DNA of 64,000 nucleotides from Eledone cirrhosa (lineage: Eukaryota), in assembly GCA_964016885.1 (NCBI GenBank), contig OZ024747.1:43896001-43960000 (forward strand). Reading direction: 5' to 3'. The notes under the pieces are model-generated. The model had not been told where the DNA came from, did no database searches, and was given only the letters and a program-made list of their open reading frames with translations. The position numbers were made by a program, and so were the translations under genes. Below, one piece after another: positions 57,801 through 64,000 of the stretch. Numbering within the stretch: position 1 is the first letter of the stretch; each line of letters begins with the position of its first letter.

Positions 57801-60800
57801 TGTATGTATGTAAGAATGTATGTATGTATGTAAGAATTATGTATGTAAGAATGTATGTATGTATGTATGTAAGTATGTATGTATCTATGTATGTATAGAG
57901 AGGCCATAAACTAACTTCTAGAAATAATTATAAACTCAGTTCAACTGGTTACATTACAAATGCTCTAAAACTATAGCTCTTGGTGAAAAGATAATTTTAG
58001 TTAGATCTTTCCCTATTTTACATAACTTTGTAAAAGTTGTGACTTCTAAGTCTTTACTATAGCTTTTTCACCTGACTAGAACTCTGTATGACAGGAGAAT
58101 ACTCAAATTAGTTAAGTTTCTGAAATTACACAAGTAATGACAATGTAAATATCATTACCATGAATGAAAATTCTTGTCACAAGGTACAAGGGAGGGAATT
58201 CCGAAATCTAAAGTGATTGATAATTGTATTGAGATATCCAGTGACTTTTATATTTGTTATTTACTCTGACAACTCCAAACTAGTTTCAGTCTTAATATAT
58301 TTTATAATGTATTTTTCTTATATTTGTCCAGACAATAGGCTCTGACTTTTGGTAGATAAGACTGCTATTTCTAGCATGTCACGCAATCATTAAGAATTTT
58401 ATATTGAAAGCTGTTGTTGTTCCTTTTGTTGCTGTTTAATCCCAAATGGCTCTTGTCTAACTGGGCTACGACCAGCAGAATCCCAGTCATGTTGATATCT
58501 ATATTAGTGAATCCTCCATTATTTGAAACACTAGAGCGTAATTACTTGGTGATTTTGTAGAGTGTTCTAGTGGTCACTTAGAAGTGTCATTCTTTTGGTG
58601 CAGAGATTGGTACGGATGATACACAATGAGAAAGAATATCGAGAGAAAAGCGATAGTGCGATTGAAGAATCATGAATGACTCATAATCCGTTAGAATAGA
58701 GGGTCATATCTTCTTCGAAAGTGACACAATTTTCCTTTCCAACGTTCCATACATATAATTGGATGATGACTATGGAGATATTTTTATGTTTCATGCTCAC
58801 TATGAATTTTTGGAAAACTAAAATGTACCAGCTCAGTACTGGGTCGAATCTGCCCCTATATCTTTTTCTCACTACCTCTCTTGCTCTTTATCTCTCCTTC
58901 TCTGGAAAAAATTGGTTGTGTTCAAACATGAAGAGAGGATTAATTTCGACAGGATTCAAATGCTACGATTGTGCTCCTACATACACATGTAAGACCTTAT
59001 TTATCAATCTTTATTTTAGTACTTGCATCAGAAACGTTAGTGTACGTATCTGTAAGAAAGAGAATGTGTGTGCACATGTCAACGGCGTGAAAGGGTGAGT
59101 CAAGAACTCACCCTAAGGTCAAATTGTCTCAGTTCACTCAATATTTATAATTTCATTAGAAGTTGCATATGAAAGCTAATGAGTAGCACTGTATTTCACA
59201 TCAAATTCATTACACATAATCATACAATACTAAACTTTCCAAGCCAATAAACTGCTAGCATAACTAGCCTGGAAATAGACATGCAAAACATTCATTGAAG
59301 TGGTAACATTGTATTTCTGTTTCTTGAAGAGAAAATACGAAGAAAGATAGAGCAACACAGAACAGGAAATTTCGTTTCCACGTTCATTATATTCTTTAGA
59401 TATAAATAGATAGTATTTGAAGTATCTACTTTTGAACTTTAATTTTTACAAATTGGTTGCTGGCCTCATTAAGATTCACCTTTCATATCTGTTTCTATTG
59501 AAACTTGTCTTCACCCACCCTCTGTCATCTTTCTACCACTGGTATTTCACAGCTACCCACACTCGTTCTCACACATAGTCTGTCATCCTTACACACTTTA
59601 CTACACCATCCTTCTGGAAATATCATGACCCAATTGTCAAATCAGGGCTGGAATATATAAATGAAAGGATGGAATGAGATTGAGAATATTTTGCTGATGT
59701 AGTAGATGTTGATGTTGTGGTTCTAGTGATTGTATAGCTCCAATATGGTAGCTTTGTTCCGGTTCACCCAAGTACACTAAATATAACTAGCTTGCTTCCC
59801 TGGTGTATACGCATTCCCCGGAAATCTTACTAAACAAATTTCCCAACCTTTCCATTCTGATTACTTCACATACGTACAGAAACATGCCTCATCTACGGAC
59901 ATCTATTTTCAAAATGTAAAGCTAAACCAATGAACCATATCAACATGAGAATCAAGAATACCTGGATGACTATTAAATTACATAGATTAAATTCAAATAA
60001 CTTTTTCATGTCAGTCGAATCTGATCACTCTCTTTACAAAGGAAATCATTATGTGCTTTTGGGCATATTTCAAAGTTGATTCACTGGATAAAGAAGTATA
60101 ATCGATAGTTTGGTATGCTCGTGATCGTCTGTGTTTTCAAGAACGAAATTGTGTTTTTGTGCTGAGAAATAAAATAGGACTAAATATTCGGGTTGCACGA
60201 TTTATTGGAACTAAAGTGTTGATTGCCAAGATGTCATAGAAATTTTACTGGAAGGTTTTGGGGCGCCCAACAAAATGACTTTATTTATGTTCTTGATTAT
60301 TGATTGCAAGTATTTCACCTTCTCTGTGAATTTATGGCAATTAAGCTTGTATTTTCTTTTCCATTGTCAATTTTTTCCAATTTATAGCTGCTGCTGCTGT
60401 TGTTGTTGTTGCTGTTGTTGTTGTTGTTGTTTGTTATTGTTGTTGTTGTATAGTCTACGTTAATGCTGATGGAACCGGTCTATGATTAAAAACGTATTAT
60501 GAATAGCTTTTGCTTCCTCTTGGCATTGTATCTCTAGCACTTCATTATAGAATATGTTGTAACCCCTCCATTATTTTAGAGGGTAACGTTTTATTTTAGG
60601 TATCAGTTCGAGTGATAAAGTAGAATATCGCCGTAGAAAGGGTAGGTGAGTTAGTTACAGCTAGGTGGACAGAACATTTTACAAATTAAATGTCTTGCGA
60701 TAAAATATGAACCATAGATCTCTGGGCTTGTTATCCAGGATGCGATCCACTAAACCATCTGTTTTCACTTGTTCAAGAGATTATTTCTTCTCCTTACAAA

Positions 60801-62189
60801 ATGTATTCTCACTTGCAAGCACACAGCATATGCATGTAAATATATTTGCAATTAATTGCATTGTTGAAATCTATGCAAATTTCAGCGACCGGTGCTGTAG
60901 AAATTGGTGAGAAATACGCATATGGTAACAACGTGGTGATAGTGTAGTGATAACAGCGTGAAGTCAATCTATCCTCGTTCTCTTAACCACAGATCGATGA
61001 TAGATTTTCATCTCCAAATGGCATGTTGATATCTCTAAATTTCCTTCTAATTAACAGGCTAGTATAGCAATTATTCCTAGAGAATGAGACTGCGGCTGAT
61101 ATGTCGTTATTGCATCGTGAACGTTGATTAAATCAGTTTCAGCTTGACAGTTGGTCTACTAAATTTATCAACGAAACTTATCTATTGAACAAAAGTATCG
61201 TTACTTCCCCCTTTTCCTTCACCCTCTCCTTCTATCCCACTCTTCCTTTCTTTCTTTTTCTCTCTCTTTCTCCTCTTTCTCACTCGCCTACACACATACC
61301 ACCACCACCACCAGATCACCAACGCGATAGTGAACAGCAATGACGGATACGAGGTATACGTATTAAGAGAAGAATGTTAGGCGTCATTTCTGTGATATAA
61401 CGAGATAAATGGCAAGTTGCTGAGCTGTTCGTCGGAGCATCATGATTCCCAAATATATTTATGCAATAGAGCTTCTAATATATTTATGCCAAACTATAAA
61501 TGAAGCTTATTAGATAGAAACCGTGTCAGATATAGCTATGACACAGCCATGGCTTACCATTATGCTAATATATAAATCATTTAATTGCAATGTTCCTTAT
61601 GAAAACACCCCCACCACTTTAATGATGCTATTTCGGTATAATCCATGTTGATTAACCCATTTCTCATCTTCTATTTACTTCTATTTATTTATTTTAATTT
61701 ATTGCTTTTTGTATTGCTTCTGAAACAAAAGATTTATGAATATTATTATTTAAGAATATATGTATGGAAACAAGTGAGAATGTATGATTATATACATACA
61801 TATACAAATATAATACATACATGCTGCTTTCGAACGCCTGACCAAAGAATGGTACACCACTTTACTACTTAGAGGTGATAAGGATCAAATTGAGTCTGAT
61901 AGCATTCCCTAACAAAATGGCAACTTTCAGAGTGATAGATTGTAAGTGCTGCTCTTTGTCGTCTCGTTAAACCTACTATCATACCTGCTCACAATACATA
62001 GTGGCCATAGAAATGGATCCAGAAGTATGTTCCATGTTTTCTTTATCGATTACCTAAAATTGTAAGGACCAACTATCAACCACATAAAAAGCAATTGGAG
62101 TTCATTACCTATTTTACTGACATTGGATTGAAATTTGATGACAGTAAAACGTGTAAAACCATACTAAAAGTCTGACATGGAGTCCCGAC

Positions 62190-62955
62190 AAGTTCATAAC
62201 ATCCCAACTTGTTGGATATCGCCATGCAATCCAGGAACAAGAAATCCCCACTAAGTACCTACTGCTCAAAAGAGGAAGTTCATCTGTTGACAGTAAATAT
62301 GGGCTGTGCAAAACAAAGATTGAATATGCTAGCTATATTATTGTCAACTGTGAAAGAATGTTTTGTTTTGTGTTTTCGTTACTAGCTCCCCATGAGGTAT
62401 GATGTGATAGCTAGAAGGATCGGGAATGTATTATGGAAAACAAAAATAAAATCAAGCAGGGAGGAATATGTTGAGACTGATAGCCCAAAGGAATACTGGT
62501 AGAACCTAGAAATAAAAACTGTTGCCAAATTAAAGCTCAACCGGCCCGATATCGTTGTTTGGGGCCACACAATAAAAAATATGCTCTGTTGTAGAAGCTA
62601 GCTGTCCACTCGATGCCAATGTGGTAAGTAAATGGAAAAGAAAAGGAGGATATTAACGGATCATTGATGAAGTTTTCAGATCCAATATCCACGTAATTCT
62701 TCATACCAATTATTATTGGATGTACAGATTATAAACCAACCCAACTGGACTTGAATTTGTGGAGAAAGAACGTCGCTCCTTAATTCATAAGCTAAAAATG
62801 GCTGCGATATCTGAAACCTTCAAATTTCGTAAAACATTCATATGATATAAAGAATGAACGCTTATGCAAGAGACGACGAGAATTTCCCTTTCTTTAAAAC
62901 CTTGCCACCGAGAAGGCGGCCGAGCAGAAATAAAAGCAAGTTAAGGGAAAAACAA
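62190..62955 (+). mobile_element. Older degenerate copy of the R4-like element
   Basis: Colinear with 45730-46495 (caggaacaagaa..., aaccggcccgatatcgttgtttgg, accttgccacc). Confidence 0.8.
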
Positions 62956-62963
62956 ACGCATAC

Positions 62964-63202
<239 letters not shown>

Positions 63203-63346
63203 AAGAAAAAAGATGAAATCGAAAATGCAACTGGAGTCTTATTTTTTTTTAAATATATATATTTATTTGGTTCCTTTACCGTTTTCGCAGTTCTTCTGCT
63301 TTTCAAAAGTACAGTTGAGATGGAGGGTCTGTGGTTTTTCTCACAT

Positions 63347-64000
63347 CAGGTATCACGGCTATTGCCAATATAGGTTTGTTTTTATTGATTTATTATTTTA
63401 AATCGAGACAGGCAAACCGTATTATTTTAATTAGTATTTTTCAATCTAGCTAACTTGCTCATTTGCAATACAAACACTTATATACTTGTATCAGTGTTTA
63501 TCCCTATCATATATTCATTTGTATTACACGGCTCGGAAATATTCCTTTCATTGAGCTATTCAAGTGTAAAAGACTATTTGAGTTTATAACTCTATATATA
63601 ATATTCTCGGCTCCATACGTAGAGATAATTTTTAGTCCCATAAAACTGGCTGCTATTTTTAGCGGCACGAGTATGGGACGACCTAGGCGCTGTGACACAT
63701 GTGCGTTCAACAACCCATTTCTCTCAGTCTTCTTAAGTATTTTGAAGTGAAACTTACCAATTTCTGGATACCTACAGAAGAGCACAGGAATAGGAACTTT
63801 CACTTAATTGTTGCGAAACAAATTTAAAATTTAAAATTTAAAATTTGTCCAGGTATCACGGCTGTTGCCAATATAGGTTTGTTTTTATTGATTTATTATT
63901 TTAAATCGAGACAGGCAAACCATATTATTTTAATTAGTATTTTTCAATCTAGCTAACTTGGTGATTTGCAATGCGAACACATGTATACTTGTATCAGTAT
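63347..64000 (+). mobile_element. Tandem non-coding HHR element (503-nt unit; retrozyme-like or PLE pLTR), continuing past the window end
   Basis: caggtatcacggct starts at 63347 and again at 63850; HHR-like motif spans the junction. Confidence 0.8.
63764..63861 (+). ncRNA. Hammerhead-like motif, CAGAAGA (U4A) core
   Basis: gatacct.a-CAGAAGA-gcacag...ttgttgc-GAAA-caaattt...aaatttg-TC-c.aggtatc; GUC cleavage triplet. Confidence 0.65.

Noticed and set aside
57900-62180. Host exons in the longest non-repetitive stretches (also 30750-33500)
   Set aside because: Only short ORFs with no recognisable domain; small exons cannot be excluded without RNA-seq.

Overview
Gene-free, very repeat-rich animal genomic DNA. 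The SINE/LINE types and extreme microsatellite load suggest a cephalopod such as Octopus (inference). No host exon is supportable, and nearly all long ORFs in the track are translated microsatellites. Real coding remnants are retrotransposon-derived: three different Penelope-like elements (PLEs; one nearly full length, with a second 5'-truncated copy), R4/Dong-like and CRE-like restriction-like-endonuclease (RLE) LINE ends, RTE ends and an L1/Tx1 RT fragment. There are also tRNA-derived SINEs, RTE-derived non-autonomous elements and a piggyBac-like MITE whose right end has expanded into a 71-bp satellite. The main hidden signal is about 19 type I hammerhead ribozyme (HHR) motifs from roughly a dozen unrelated short non-coding families. 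They lie in or beside (TA)n tracts, often as fold-back inverted duplications whose turn-around points fall inside ribozyme helices. Two families share a non-canonical CAGAAGA (U4A) core, and one of them forms a 503-nt unit running from predicted cleavage site to predicted cleavage site (retrozyme-like). All structures were folded by eye and need computational and biochemical confirmation.
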